A model generated the notes under the pieces. The model was given only the letters and a program-made list of their open reading frames with translations. It was not told where the DNA came from and searched no databases. The position numbers and the translations under genes were made by a program. From contig CAWDYC010000005.1 in the NCBI GenBank assembly GCA_963806535.1, forward strand, positions 256,001 through 320,000: 64,000 nucleotides of DNA, given 5' to 3'. Shown one piece after another: positions 1 to 10,513 of this stretch; positions within the stretch are counted from its first letter, which is position 1, and each line of letters opens with the position of its first letter. The DNA comes from Candidatus Bathyarchaeota archaeon. Its GTDB lineage: Archaea > Thermoproteota > Bathyarchaeia > Bathyarchaeales > Bathycorpusculaceae.

Positions 1-2
1 AG

Positions 3-1391
3 TCACAATTTTGTAGCTTCCAAGAATGACAAGCTACCCAGGGCAGTATCCGATGAGGGCTGGATATTTTCAGGCAAGTAATCCCTCAACGCATCAACAG
101 TTGGCAATTTAGACGCTTTTCTTGCTGAGAAAAATACTGATGTAAGCCCAAGAGCTGCACCGAAAATAACTGTGAAAATCATTGTGTACGGACTAATTAG
201 CTGTGGGTTAAAGAGTGTATTCAAGTTGAATCCGCCAGTGAATACTTGGTTTAAGATTAAACCGCCAATTACTCCAGCCGCTCCACCGATAATCCCAATG
301 GTTAACGCTTCCCCAAGAAACATTCGCTGTATTTGTCCGCTTGAAAGACCTTTAGTGGACAGCAACCCGATTTCTCGTCTTCTCATGTTAAATGAAACAT
401 CAGAGACTGTGTAGCCAAGATACCACGCGACAAAGAAAACTGGGATTGAAACCAAAATGAAACTCGTTAATGGGCTTTGAAAACTGTATTGAAATGATGT
501 TAATGCGTTGGCAAGGTTGTTTTGAAGCATTCCGTTAACTTGGAAGTTGGCTAGGACCTTGTTGTTTATGTCATTGGCTATTGCGTTTACACTGTTAGCC
601 GAGGCTTGAGTGTTCCATGGGCTCAGAAGTTTGCTGTGATCTAAATTAATTAGAAAAGTTGTTGAAACTGTTCTGTTGGGCATTGTGTCCCAGTATTTTT
701 GTATGGTGTTTTCCCAGCTGACAATCATAAAGTCTGACTGGTAACCATAAGCTGTCTTAGAACCTGCTGGGTTAAAAATGGGAATAGGAGCGTAAAAGCC
801 ACTAGAGCCAGTAACTAACTGGTAGCCTTTGTCAGTTAGTTGGACAAAACCTGTAACGGTTAAGTTAACCCAAACAGTGGTTATGTTATCATATTTGGGT
901 GTTGGAAACTGGAATCCTGTTGTGATGTTATCGCCAATAGTGATGTTTTCGGTTACAGGGGAATCTTTTGCCTTCATTATCCAAGTTTCATTTTCCCCGA
1001 TTCCGTCTGCTGGCTTATTCAACCATTCATTGTTGAGGCTTGAGGAGTTCGGGAAGCTGTATACTTGTAAATAAAATGGGTTCGTATAGTTATCGCTTGA
1101 AGTGTACTGTGACGCCGTGCTTAGTCTTGAAAGGGTATCTACACTTTTAACTCCGTTAATACTGGTGATGTTATGTAGAGCTTGAGCCATGTCTGTTTCG
1201 TTCAGGTTTACGCTGAATTGCATGTCCGAATTTAGGCCTTTGAGTTGTTGCTCAAGAGACTGGTTAGCCGCAAGGTTAACCTTCATGTTTATTGCGGCGA
1301 AAAAGGTTGCTGCAAGTGCTATAGCGATGAGAAGTGCTGCGAAGAGTTTCCAGTTGCGGAAGACATGTTTTAGCGGGTACATTAGAGCCAT
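3..1391 (-). CDS. ABC transporter permease, FtsX/MacB-like (runs off window or frameshifted at 3' end)
   Basis: N-terminal TM, large extracytoplasmic loop, then FtsX-type motif RRREIGLLSTKGLSSGQIQRMFLGE and further TMs ending ARKASKLPTVDALR. Confidence 0.8.
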   Translation of the reverse strand: MALMYPLKHVFRNWKLFAALLIAIALAATFFAAINMKVNLAANQSLEQQLKGLNSDMQFSVNLNETDMAQALHNITSINGVKSVDTLSRLSTASQYTSSDNYTNPFYLQVYSFPNSSSLNNEWLNKPADGIGENETWIMKAKDSPVTENITIGDNITTGFQFPTPKYDNITTVWVNLTVTGFVQLTDKGYQLVTGSSGFYAPIPIFNPAGSKTAYGYQSDFMIVSWENTIQKYWDTMPNRTVSTTFLINLDHSKLLSPWNTQASANSVNAIANDINNKVLANFQVNGMLQNNLANALTSFQYSFQSPLTSFILVSIPVFFVAWYLGYTVSDVSFNMRRREIGLLSTKGLSSGQIQRMFLGEALTIGIIGGAAGVIGGLILNQVFTGGFNLNTLFNPQLISPYTMIFTVIFGAALGLTSVFFSARKASKLPTVDALRDYLPENIQPSSDTALGSLSFLEATKL

Positions 1392-1532
1392 TTGTCATCG
1401 TCTCTTCATTTGGGCACGGTTTGCTTTTAAATCTACTTGTTAGAACACCAAACAAGCCCATGATTAATGGAGATTTGATTCACCGCTAATGGTTAGAAAG
1501 CATTAAATTCCCAGTGCTTTTACTATTAGCCC

Positions 1533-2937
1533 ATGAAAAGTTTTCTCGGCTACTTTAAAGAAGGAAACATGAGTTTATTCACTGATTTTTACGAGTTAAC
1601 CATGTGTGCTAGCTATTTTGATAACAAGAACTTTGAGCCTGCTACATTTGACTTGTTTATTAGGCGGCTGCCCGAAAACCGTTCCTACTTCCTTTTCGCA
1701 GGGCTCGAAGAAACCCTTCAATATCTGGAAACAGTAAAATTCACTGAGGAGCAGCTCGGTTATCTTAAAAAACTGGGTTTTAAATGGGATTTTCTTGATT
1801 ATTTACGCTGCTTTAGATTTACAGGTGAGGTTTGGGCTGTTCCAGAAGGCACGGTCGCTTTTCCAAATGAACCACTAATTCGTGTGACTGCGTCGATAAT
1901 TGAAGCCCAACTGGTTGAAACTTTCCTGCTTAATACGGTTAATCTTCAAACTATGATTGCCACCAAAGCTTCCCGGGTAGTTCACGCCGCAAAAGGCAAA
2001 TCAGTAATAGAATTTGGCTTAAGAAGAGAACCTGGCATAGATGCAGGAATGAAGGTTGCTAGAAGCAGCTACATAGCAGGATGCCAAGGTACTAGCAACG
2101 TACTTGCAGGACAAACTTATAACATTCCAGTTTTCGGGACCATGGCGCATTCATTTGTTATGTCTTACACAAAAGAAATTGATGCGTTTCGAGCTTTCTC
2201 CAAAACCTTCCCTAACAAATCCACCCTTCTAATTGATACATATAATGACATTTCAGGCGCAGAAAAAGCAGCAGTTATAGCTAAGGAGCTTGAAGCTAAA
2301 GGTTTTAGGCTTGGCGGCGTTCGCTTGGACAGCGGCGATTTGGCGGAGGATAGCAAAAAAGTTCGGAAAATTCTTGACGATCAAAATTTGGATTATGTGA
2401 AGATTTTTGCCAGTGGCGATTTGGATGAATTCAAAGTAAAGGAACTTCTTGCCAATGGCGCAAAAATTGATTCTTTTGGTGTTGGAACAAAAATGGGTAC
2501 TTCCGCAGATAGACCATATTTGGATGTTATTTACAAACTCTGCGAAACCATTGCTGAGAATGGAGGTTCTTTGCCAATTATGAAGTTAAGCAAAGACAAA
2601 ATCACTTTGCCAGGCAGAAAACAAGTTTATCGCTTAAAAAATAAAATCGGCGAATATGAAAAGGACATTATATGCTCTGGCCGATGAAAAAGTGCACGGT
2701 GAGCCTTTGCTTATCAAAGTCATGGAAAATGGCAAAATAATCTATAAACTTCCGTCACTTGAGGAAATTCGAGCAATCACTGAGAAAAACTTGGCTAAAC
2801 TTCCAGACGGCTACAAAGCGCTGACCGATGCACCAATTTATCCAGTGGAAATTAGCAAAAAACTACAGAATCTAATAAAAACATTGAAGCGTCAATTAAC
2901 AGAAAATGAAATTAATAGCACCAACGCAAAAACTTAA
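1533..2937 (+). CDS. pncB: Nicotinate phosphoribosyltransferase (frameshift near 2675)
   Basis: LFTDFYELTM, EFGLRR, GTMAHS, LIDTY, VRLDSGD, ASGDLDE motifs; C-terminus continues in ORF 2656-2937. Confidence 0.93.
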
Positions 2938-3055
2938 GCCATCAATCGAAAAATCAGCATCGCTTCATTACTCTCGATTTTTCATGGCAAATATGGCAAA
3001 CCCTTAATAGTCTTTTCAGAAAAGGTTAGATGCTATCCAAAAGGGAGAAGACAAC

Positions 3056-4261
3056 TTGCAAAATCGTCCAGCCATAGTTGCTGTTGGCAGAACCAAGTTT
3101 GGAGAACATTACGGCAAAGAACCAGAAAAGCTGATTGAGGAAGCATGGCTTGGGGCTTCTAAAGAATGTAACATGGAGCGCAAAGACCTAGAAGCTTGTT
3201 ACATGTCAGATTGCTTTCTTCCCATTACTAACAAACTGGGTTTAGAGGAAGGATTCCTCTCAGAACTTACTCAACTTCATGTGCCTATGGAGGTAACTCG
3301 TTCTTTTAGCGCTGCATTGTTAACCGCTTGTCATGCAATTCAGGCTGGAGTTTACAATACTGTCCTAGTGGGTGGTATAGAAAAAATGACAGATCGCTGG
3401 GACAAAATACGCGATGATCTAATGCTTCTGGATGATCCATGGAGCTATTTTGCCGGAGGAACTCCAGAATCAAATCATGAACTCATGCTTAGAGCCTACA
3501 TAAAAAAGCACCACATTAATGGCGAAAAACTTGACAAACTTAATATTGCCTTAGCACAGGTTTCGGTTAAAAATCACGCGAACGCAATCAAAAACAAGTA
3601 TGCCCAATATCATAGAAAGATTACTATTGACCAGGTGTTACATGCAAGGAAAATAGCGCATAAACCTTTAGGACTTTATGATTTTGCCCCAATTTCAGAT
3701 GGCGCTTCTGCTTTAATTCTTACAAGCGAAACTGTTGCTAAAAAACTAAATGATCATCCAGTTTACGTTCTAGGCTGTACTTCAGCAACTGACTACTTGA
3801 ATTATCCTGCAAGAGAAGACCTCTCTCACTTTGTTGCGGCAGAATTAGCTATGAAGAGTGCTTCCAAAATCGCTAAAACAGCCTTGTCTGAAATGCAGGT
3901 TATCGAGGTATATGACCAGTCCACAATGATGGAGCTTGTTTCTCTTGAAGACTTAGGATTCTGCGCACCAGGCACGGCTTGGAAAAGCATACACGAAGGC
4001 TGTCAAAATGATCGCAACTGCTATGAAGTAGATGGCAGACAACTTTTCGTTAATACTAATGGAGGGTTAAAAGCTGATGGAAACCCATTAGGCGCTACCG
4101 GAGGAGCACAAATCTTCGAAATTTACCGTCAGCTGAGAGGAGAAGCTGGCGAGCGCCAAGTGAAGATTACTGGTTCACAGAAAAACGGCTGTGTTTTAGA
4201 ATACGAAGGCTTTGGAACTAAAGCATACGTTACTGTTCTAGGAGATAAGAAGCTTGAGTAG
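3056..4261 (+). CDS. Archaeal thiolase-fold protein with substituted catalytic motifs
   Basis: GRTKFGE, VGGIEKMTD, PISDGASA, NGGLKA..GATG are recognisable, but ACASG is absent, HDCF reads YDQS and GHP reads GNP. Confidence 0.88.
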   Translation: MQNRPAIVAVGRTKFGEHYGKEPEKLIEEAWLGASKECNMERKDLEACYMSDCFLPITNKLGLEEGFLSELTQLHVPMEVTRSFSAALLTACHAIQAGVYNTVLVGGIEKMTDRWDKIRDDLMLLDDPWSYFAGGTPESNHELMLRAYIKKHHINGEKLDKLNIALAQVSVKNHANAIKNKYAQYHRKITIDQVLHARKIAHKPLGLYDFAPISDGASALILTSETVAKKLNDHPVYVLGCTSATDYLNYPAREDLSHFVAAELAMKSASKIAKTALSEMQVIEVYDQSTMMELVSLEDLGFCAPGTAWKSIHEGCQNDRNCYEVDGRQLFVNTNGGLKADGNPLGATGGAQIFEIYRQLRGEAGERQVKITGSQKNGCVLEYEGFGTKAYVTVLGDKKLE

Positions 4262-5761
4262 TGAACCTATAGAGAGACGAGTTTCTTATTTAGGCGACAG
4301 ATTAAAAGCAAGCCGCTGCCAAAGCTGCGGAAAAGAATACTTTGAAATAAGAGATTACTGCACCAACTGCGGCAGAAAAAGCTACGGAAAAATGGACAGC
4401 ATCGACCTATTTTATGACAAAGGCAAACTTGAATTATGTACCTACATTAACGAACCCACAAACAAATTCATGAAATTGTCAAGCTTCATTTATGGAATCG
4501 TTTCTTTTCATGATGGCAAAATCCGTGTTCCAGCAAGATTAACCGACCAATTGATATGCAATGGCGCCGATGTCGATTTTTCAAGCCTTGAGGGCAGAGA
4601 CGTGGTTCCCCGCTTTAGAAGGCGCTATTCAGTCGGTAAAAGTGACGTAATTCCAACTATATCTTTGGCTTTCACTTTAGCCGATGAATACTACCCACAT
4701 CAAGATTACAACATAATTACACCAACCAAAGAATATGAGCTTCCTGGGGTCGTAGGTTATGGCGTCTACACTTCAAAATTCAGAATTAAAGAAAGTGGAT
4801 TGGAACGCGCGGTTCCCTTTATCGATGAAGACGCGGTAACAGCCGCTGTAGAAGCTGGAAAGTTAGCATTGATTCACTCAGGAGTTGACAGCACACTAAT
4901 TGGTAAGGTTTATGTTGGCTCCGAATCTAACCCATATGCTGTTAAACCAATCTCATCGAAAGTCGCCCAGGTTCTGAAGCTTGGAGAAGAAGACGGCGAC
5001 ATACAAGGTGTTGATGCAGTAGACACCCAGTTTGCATGCAAAGCTGCTGCAAGCATGTTCAAAGACGCCTCAGCTCTTGTTAATTATCCAAAGTCAGGAG
5101 TAAAATATGCTATGGTTATCGGCGCAGATAACTCTCAAGCTGCCCCAGAGGCTGTCCAGGCGGCGAATTGGATACATTTGTTGGGTATGGCGGCGCTGCA
5201 TATATTTTTGGTAAACAGGATGTTATTGCTGAAGTTGAAAGCTGGTACTCATGTACTTCTGATACAACAGATTTTTGGCGCAGAGACGGCGAGCTTTTCC
5301 CCATGCATGGTGGCCGATTCACTGGTGACCCAGCCTACTTCAAACACGTTCGCAAGTCAACTAGTAAAATTATGGAACGTTCTAACCTCAAGCCAACTGA
5401 CATAAACTATTTCGTAGCGCATCAGCCAAACCCAACATTTCCAGTTAAAATTGCAAAAGAGCTTGGTTTTAAAGATGAGCAATATCTGCCCTCAATGCAA
5501 ATTAACAAAATTGGCAACACTTATTCAGGTTGTTCACTTACGGGTTTAGCAGCAGTACTAGATATTGCAAAGCCTAACGATCGAATCTTGGTTGCAAGTT
5601 ACGGTTCGGGCGCTGGAAGCGATGCATATTTACTCAGAACTACGAGCCAACTTATTGACAAGCGAAAGCGACAGAAAGTCACGGTCAAATTCCAAACCGA
5701 AAACCCATTTACAGAATACGTGGATTATAATACCTATCGTCGGCTTAAACTTGGCATGTAA
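4254..5761 (+). CDS. DUF35 (Zn-ribbon/OB) - HMG-CoA synthase fusion (frameshift in C-run near 5145)
   Basis: N-terminal CQSC...CTNC plus OB-like segment in the same frame as DEDAVTAAVEA, GSES, FACK; second frame carries GGRFTGDPAYF, HQPN, IGNTYSG, SYGSGAGSD. Confidence 0.88.
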
Positions 5762-5811
5762 CCAATACTTATAAATCCCAGCGAATCCCAGATAGCCACG
5801 GAGTCGAGAGA

Positions 5812-7095
5812 TTGATTCTTGAGGACATTGCAAAAGTAATTTATTCACCTGTAACCGCATTCAAAAAGGTAATTGAAAATCCAAAGTATTTGGGTGCCCT
5901 AATTATTCTGCTTCTTTTCATAGGCTTACAAATGGGGTATGCCTATACACAGTTCTCAAAAACGTACACTGAAAGCACATCACCTGCGATCGGTCATCTG
6001 TCAGACTATATCAACGCAACAGCCGCATTGTCCACTGAGCCCAATTCAACGTTGTGGAGAGCAAGTACTGGCGTTGCCTTAATCAACAATTTTACTGATT
6101 ACATCAATTATAGCGTTTACGTCCCAGCTATTCTGGGAAACTATAGCCTATATGGAAACAGCAGTCTTGAAATTGATGCTAACAACACAAACACCATTTC
6201 AGCTGCTTTAAGCAACGCTTTCAACGTCAGCTGTGCAGCTGGTGGCTTTGAAAATTTATCAATGACGATAAAACAAGTTCAGCCTCTTAATACCATTGGC
6301 GCAAGTATAACTCTTTACTCAGTTAATGATTCAAACTATTACACTTATGATTTAACTAATCTTTTGTCGAAACCCCAAAATATTAACCAATGGAACAACC
6401 TAACAATTCCGGTTGGTCCTTCCGCGCAAGGCTGGAGTGTTGGCGGAGCTCCTTCTTGGGGTAACATTACAGCATTAAAGTTGGACTTCAATTCATCTAG
6501 CCCAAATGTCGTTATCCGCATTGGTACTTTGTTCTTCAATGGGGAATATCAAACTTTCATTCAAACCTATGGTCCCACAGCTCTGCTATCTTTCTTAGAG
6601 GCTTTCTCTCTACAATTTGTTTTTAGCTGGTTACTATTAACAGGGCTAATTTACCTCTTCTTCAAAGGGCTAAAAGGCACCGTCACTTGGAAACCACTTT
6701 TCGTTGCAATAGCTTTTGCTTTGTTTGTGATGGTTATTCGATCTGTAATTAACATCGTTGCAGCCTTTACACTGCCAGCAGTCTACTATCCATTTGATGT
6801 CTCACTTGGTGTCACATCTAACCCGTATGGCGCAATATACGTCCCCATACAAGCAGCAGCAACCTATACAGCACAGTCCCAAGCCGTTCTCAACAATATT
6901 GTGGCAATGACATCAGGTTTTAACTTTGTCGTTGAAGCAATGTTCTTGGTATCTTACGTTTGGTTAGGCGCTCTATGCACAATAATTGTCGGCACACTTC
7001 AACCAGAGTTTTCAATGATAAAACGAATTTTGATTTCAGCCGTTAGCATCGCAGTTATGTGGTTTGTCTTAGTGCTGTTCGTGGGTTTTGTTTAG
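5812..7095 (+). CDS. Yip1-like membrane protein with large inserted extracellular domain
   Basis: VIYSPVTAFKKV N-terminus plus TM, Asn/Thr-rich soluble region with many NxS/T sequons, C-terminal TMs. Confidence 0.6.
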   Translation: MILEDIAKVIYSPVTAFKKVIENPKYLGALIILLLFIGLQMGYAYTQFSKTYTESTSPAIGHLSDYINATAALSTEPNSTLWRASTGVALINNFTDYINYSVYVPAILGNYSLYGNSSLEIDANNTNTISAALSNAFNVSCAAGGFENLSMTIKQVQPLNTIGASITLYSVNDSNYYTYDLTNLLSKPQNINQWNNLTIPVGPSAQGWSVGGAPSWGNITALKLDFNSSSPNVVIRIGTLFFNGEYQTFIQTYGPTALLSFLEAFSLQFVFSWLLLTGLIYLFFKGLKGTVTWKPLFVAIAFALFVMVIRSVINIVAAFTLPAVYYPFDVSLGVTSNPYGAIYVPIQAAATYTAQSQAVLNNIVAMTSGFNFVVEAMFLVSYVWLGALCTIIVGTLQPEFSMIKRILISAVSIAVMWFVLVLFVGFV

Positions 7096-7213
7096 ACCCC
7101 ACTCGTCTTTTTTTATTTCTGTTTGAAGCTAGTTAGCAAGATTTATATGATTGAAGGTGTCACTTTTGCAAGTGAAAACCCAGAGAGGGAAAAATCAAAT
7201 TTAGGTGATAAGT

Positions 7214-7513
7214 GTGAGTGTAACACCAATTAAAGATTTGCAGAACGGAATGAAACGGGTTAGTGTTGAAGCGAAAGTTGTCGAAAAAGGCGACCCTCGC
7301 GAAGTCAAATCACGTTTTAAAGAAGAAACTTACCGAATTGTTGATGCTGTGGTTGCAGATGAATCAGGTAGCATAAAATTGACTTTGTGGAATGAACAAA
7401 TTGACCAAGTCAACGTCGGCGACAACGTTAAAATTGACAACGGATACATAACCAGCTTTAAAGGCGAACTTCAGCTTAATGTTGGCAAATTTGGAAAGTT
7501 AGCCGTTGGCTAA
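7214..7513 (+). CDS. ssb: Single-stranded DNA-binding protein, single OB fold (crenarchaeal SSB type)
   Basis: IKDL...VADESGSIKLTLWNE...IDNGYITSFKGELQLNVGKFG; AGGTGA RBS before GTG 7214. Confidence 0.88.
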   Translation: MSVTPIKDLQNGMKRVSVEAKVVEKGDPREVKSRFKEETYRIVDAVVADESGSIKLTLWNEQIDQVNVGDNVKIDNGYITSFKGELQLNVGKFGKLAVG

Positions 7514-7754
7514 AACGCGAGTTAGGAAATTCTTTTCTTCATTTGTGAGGCAAACCATTGTGACTTTGCCTATGGGAATTTTTGATCTTTATTATTAGTT
7601 TCTTCCTTTCTTCTCGGAATGCCTTTTCATCTTTTATGACACGTGTCATATTAGCTACCCAGTTAAGCGGACATGTGAACCATAGCTATAAGCAATTTTT
7701 TCTTTTTTTTTCGAAAACAGAAATGTTTTATTTGAGACCTCATTTGTTTAGTTC

Positions 7755-8399
7755 ATGGTTTTAAAAAGAGAACTAGCTTTCTTTGCTCTTGTTATCATAT
7801 TTGGATTAGCTATTTCTCTTTTTGTCTTCATCAGCGCCGGAAAAGATATTTCCCCTTTGACATTGACTATTCGGTTGCTAGCACTTAACGGCTATCTCGC
7901 TTTAAGCATCGCTGCAATAATGACCCCCTTTTTAAAGGAAGTTACACTTTTTTTCAAAAAATCCTTCACCAAAGTACACCATTACTTCGCAGCTGTCGGA
8001 CTATTACTCATTACTTTGCATCCAATTGTTGTTTTTGCTCAAACTTTGGACGCGACGGTTTTTCTGCCAAATTTTGAGTCATTTTACCTTTTCTTTTTTT
8101 TCGGCGGTATCGTAGCTCTTCTTCTTATTTATGTTGCATTTGGAACGGTGCTTCTTCGCAGGAAAATTCCTTCTCACTGGCGTCCTTTCCACATGCTTAT
8201 GTACTTAGCGTTGTTTATCGGAGTTGTCCATGCTAATCTGCGAGGCACCAATTTTCAAAGCGTTTCGATTCAAATAATTTATGATTCACTCTTTGCAGCT
8301 GCAATGGCCGCTTTCGTCTTGAAACGCTTTCAGTTTTACCGAATAAGAAAGAGGGTCAACTATCAAAAGTTAATGCTTAAAAGCAACAATAAAGCCTGA
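7755..8399 (+). CDS. Ferric reductase-like transmembrane (heme b) domain protein
   Basis: About 6 TMs with His pattern VHHY..LH, WRPFH..VH. Confidence 0.75.
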   Translation: MVLKRELAFFALVIIFGLAISLFVFISAGKDISPLTLTIRLLALNGYLALSIAAIMTPFLKEVTLFFKKSFTKVHHYFAAVGLLLITLHPIVVFAQTLDATVFLPNFESFYLFFFFGGIVALLLIYVAFGTVLLRRKIPSHWRPFHMLMYLALFIGVVHANLRGTNFQSVSIQIIYDSLFAAAMAAFVLKRFQFYRIRKRVNYQKLMLKSNNKA

Positions 8400-8476
8400 A
8401 ATTCTTGGCTTTTTAGAATAAACTTATTAATCCTACTAGTTGGAAGTCATTTCTTGCTGGTTTGTGAAAGAGAACA

Positions 8477-10456
8477 ATGCAGTTTGAACTTATCGCTCCA
8501 TATCAGGCCTCGCCAGGTCAGATTGTAGCAGTTGAAAAGTTAGTGAAAAACTTCGCTACAAAAGAAAAACAAACCCTTCTTGGAATCACTGGCAGCGGCA
8601 AAACCTTTGTTATGGCAAACTTAATTAACAAACTCCAAAAACCAACTCTTGTCCTTGCACATAACAAGATTTTGGCTGCTCAGCTTTACGGTGAATTAAA
8701 AGAGCTTTTTCCCCATAATAGAGTTGAATACTTTATTTCTTTTTATGATTATTATCAGCCTGAATCATATTTACCAGCTCAGGATATGTACATTGAAAAA
8801 GATTCTTCTGTGAATGAGCAAATAGAAAAAATGCGGATGCACGCAGTATCCAGCGTCGTGAGCCGAAACGACACCATAATAGTTGCCAGTATAAGCTGCA
8901 TTTACAGTCTTGGAAACCCAGATGACTTCAAAGCCATGGCAATTGAATTGAATATTGGAAAGCAAACTACAAGGCAACAACTCATCCATGCCCTCGTAGA
9001 TATGCAGTACGAACGCAACGACATGGTCCTTGAACCTGGCAGGTTCCGTGTTCGGGGCGATGTTTTGGATATTATTCCATCTTACGAGAATGATATTGTA
9101 AGAATTGAGCTTGCCGGAAACGAAATTAGCAAAATCAAAGAAGTAAATTCTATTTCAGGTGATGTTAAAGGATCCCTCGATAAAGTAACGCTTTATCCTG
9201 CACGACAGTACGTAGTTCCAGAAGAGAAACATGCGCTTGCCCTTGAAGCAATAAAGCAAGAACTTGAAGCCAGATTACCTGATCTTCCACCACTTGAAGC
9301 ACAACGACTCAAACAAAGAACGAATTATGATTTAGAAATGATTCGTGAAGTTGGTTTCTGTTCCGGAATGGAAAATTACAGCAGGCACTTTGACGGACGC
9401 CGACCCGGGGAACCACCCTTTACTTTGATTGATTATTTTCCCAAAGATTATCTTTTTATTATTGATGAGAGTCACCAAACAATTCCTCAATCAAGAGCGA
9501 TGTACAACGGTGACTATTCCAGAAAAAAGAACCTCGTAGACTTTGGTTTCAGACTTCCAAGTGCCTTAGACAACAGACCTTTGAAGTTTGAGGAATTTGA
9601 GCGGAAAATGGGCAAAGTACTCTTTGTTTCTGCAACTCCAGCCGAATATGAATTGGAAAAGAGCGGTCAACCTGTCGAATTGATCACTCGGCCTACTGGT
9701 CTTTTGGATCCTGAGGTTGAGGTTCAACCAATCTCTGGGCAAATGCAGCATTTAATGGCTGAAGCCAAAAAAACAATTGAGCATGGAGATCGTGTTCTAA
9801 TCACGACCTTAACAAAACGTATGGCTGAAGATTTGACAGATTACCTTGTAAAGGAAGGCTTTCGCGTCAGATATATGCATTCAGAAATTGAAAGCCTAGA
9901 CCGCATTGAACTAGTGCGGCAACTGCGAGTCGGCGAATTTGACATATTAGTCGGTATTAATCTGTTGCGTGAAGGCTTAGACATCCCTGAGGTTGCAACC
10001 ATCTTCATATTAGACGCTGACAAGGAAGGTTTTCTGCGCGACGAGCGAAGCCTTATCCAAACTATTGGCCGAGCCGCAAGAAACGTAAACGGCAGAGTAA
10101 TTCTTTACGCCGATGTGGAAACATCGTCCATTAAGCGAGCTATGGAAATTACTCGCTACAGACGTTCGTTCCAGAAACGTTTCAACGAAATTCATCATAT
10201 CACGCCAACCACGATAGTTAAAGGTGTGTCTTTGAAAGAAGGCACAATTAAGGGCATAAAACATCTTGCAAAAACAGACATTAAACGCCAGTTGATTGAG
10301 TTGGATGCACAGATGAGGGAAGCAGCAGAGCGATTAAACTTTGAGCGGGCAATTGAACTCAGAGATACAATAGCAGAGTTGAATAGGGCTTTAGCGAATA
10401 AGATAGAAAATGATGATTATACCCAGAAATTGAGAGTTTTGAAGCAAAAAGGTTGA
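8477..10456 (+). CDS. uvrB: Excinuclease ABC subunit B
   Basis: GITGSGKT, YDYYQPESY, DESH, GINLLREGLD, C-terminal UVR domain. Confidence 0.98.
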   Translation: MQFELIAPYQASPGQIVAVEKLVKNFATKEKQTLLGITGSGKTFVMANLINKLQKPTLVLAHNKILAAQLYGELKELFPHNRVEYFISFYDYYQPESYLPAQDMYIEKDSSVNEQIEKMRMHAVSSVVSRNDTIIVASISCIYSLGNPDDFKAMAIELNIGKQTTRQQLIHALVDMQYERNDMVLEPGRFRVRGDVLDIIPSYENDIVRIELAGNEISKIKEVNSISGDVKGSLDKVTLYPARQYVVPEEKHALALEAIKQELEARLPDLPPLEAQRLKQRTNYDLEMIREVGFCSGMENYSRHFDGRRPGEPPFTLIDYFPKDYLFIIDESHQTIPQSRAMYNGDYSRKKNLVDFGFRLPSALDNRPLKFEEFERKMGKVLFVSATPAEYELEKSGQPVELITRPTGLLDPEVEVQPISGQMQHLMAEAKKTIEHGDRVLITTLTKRMAEDLTDYLVKEGFRVRYMHSEIESLDRIELVRQLRVGEFDILVGINLLREGLDIPEVATIFILDADKEGFLRDERSLIQTIGRAARNVNGRVILYADVETSSIKRAMEITRYRRSFQKRFNEIHHITPTTIVKGVSLKEGTIKGIKHLAKTDIKRQLIELDAQMREAAERLNFERAIELRDTIAELNRALANKIENDDYTQKLRVLKQKG

Positions 10457-10513
10457 AAAGTCTCAAACTTAAAGAAGATAATTTACGAGCGGAGAAGGAA
10501 ACTGGTTTACATT

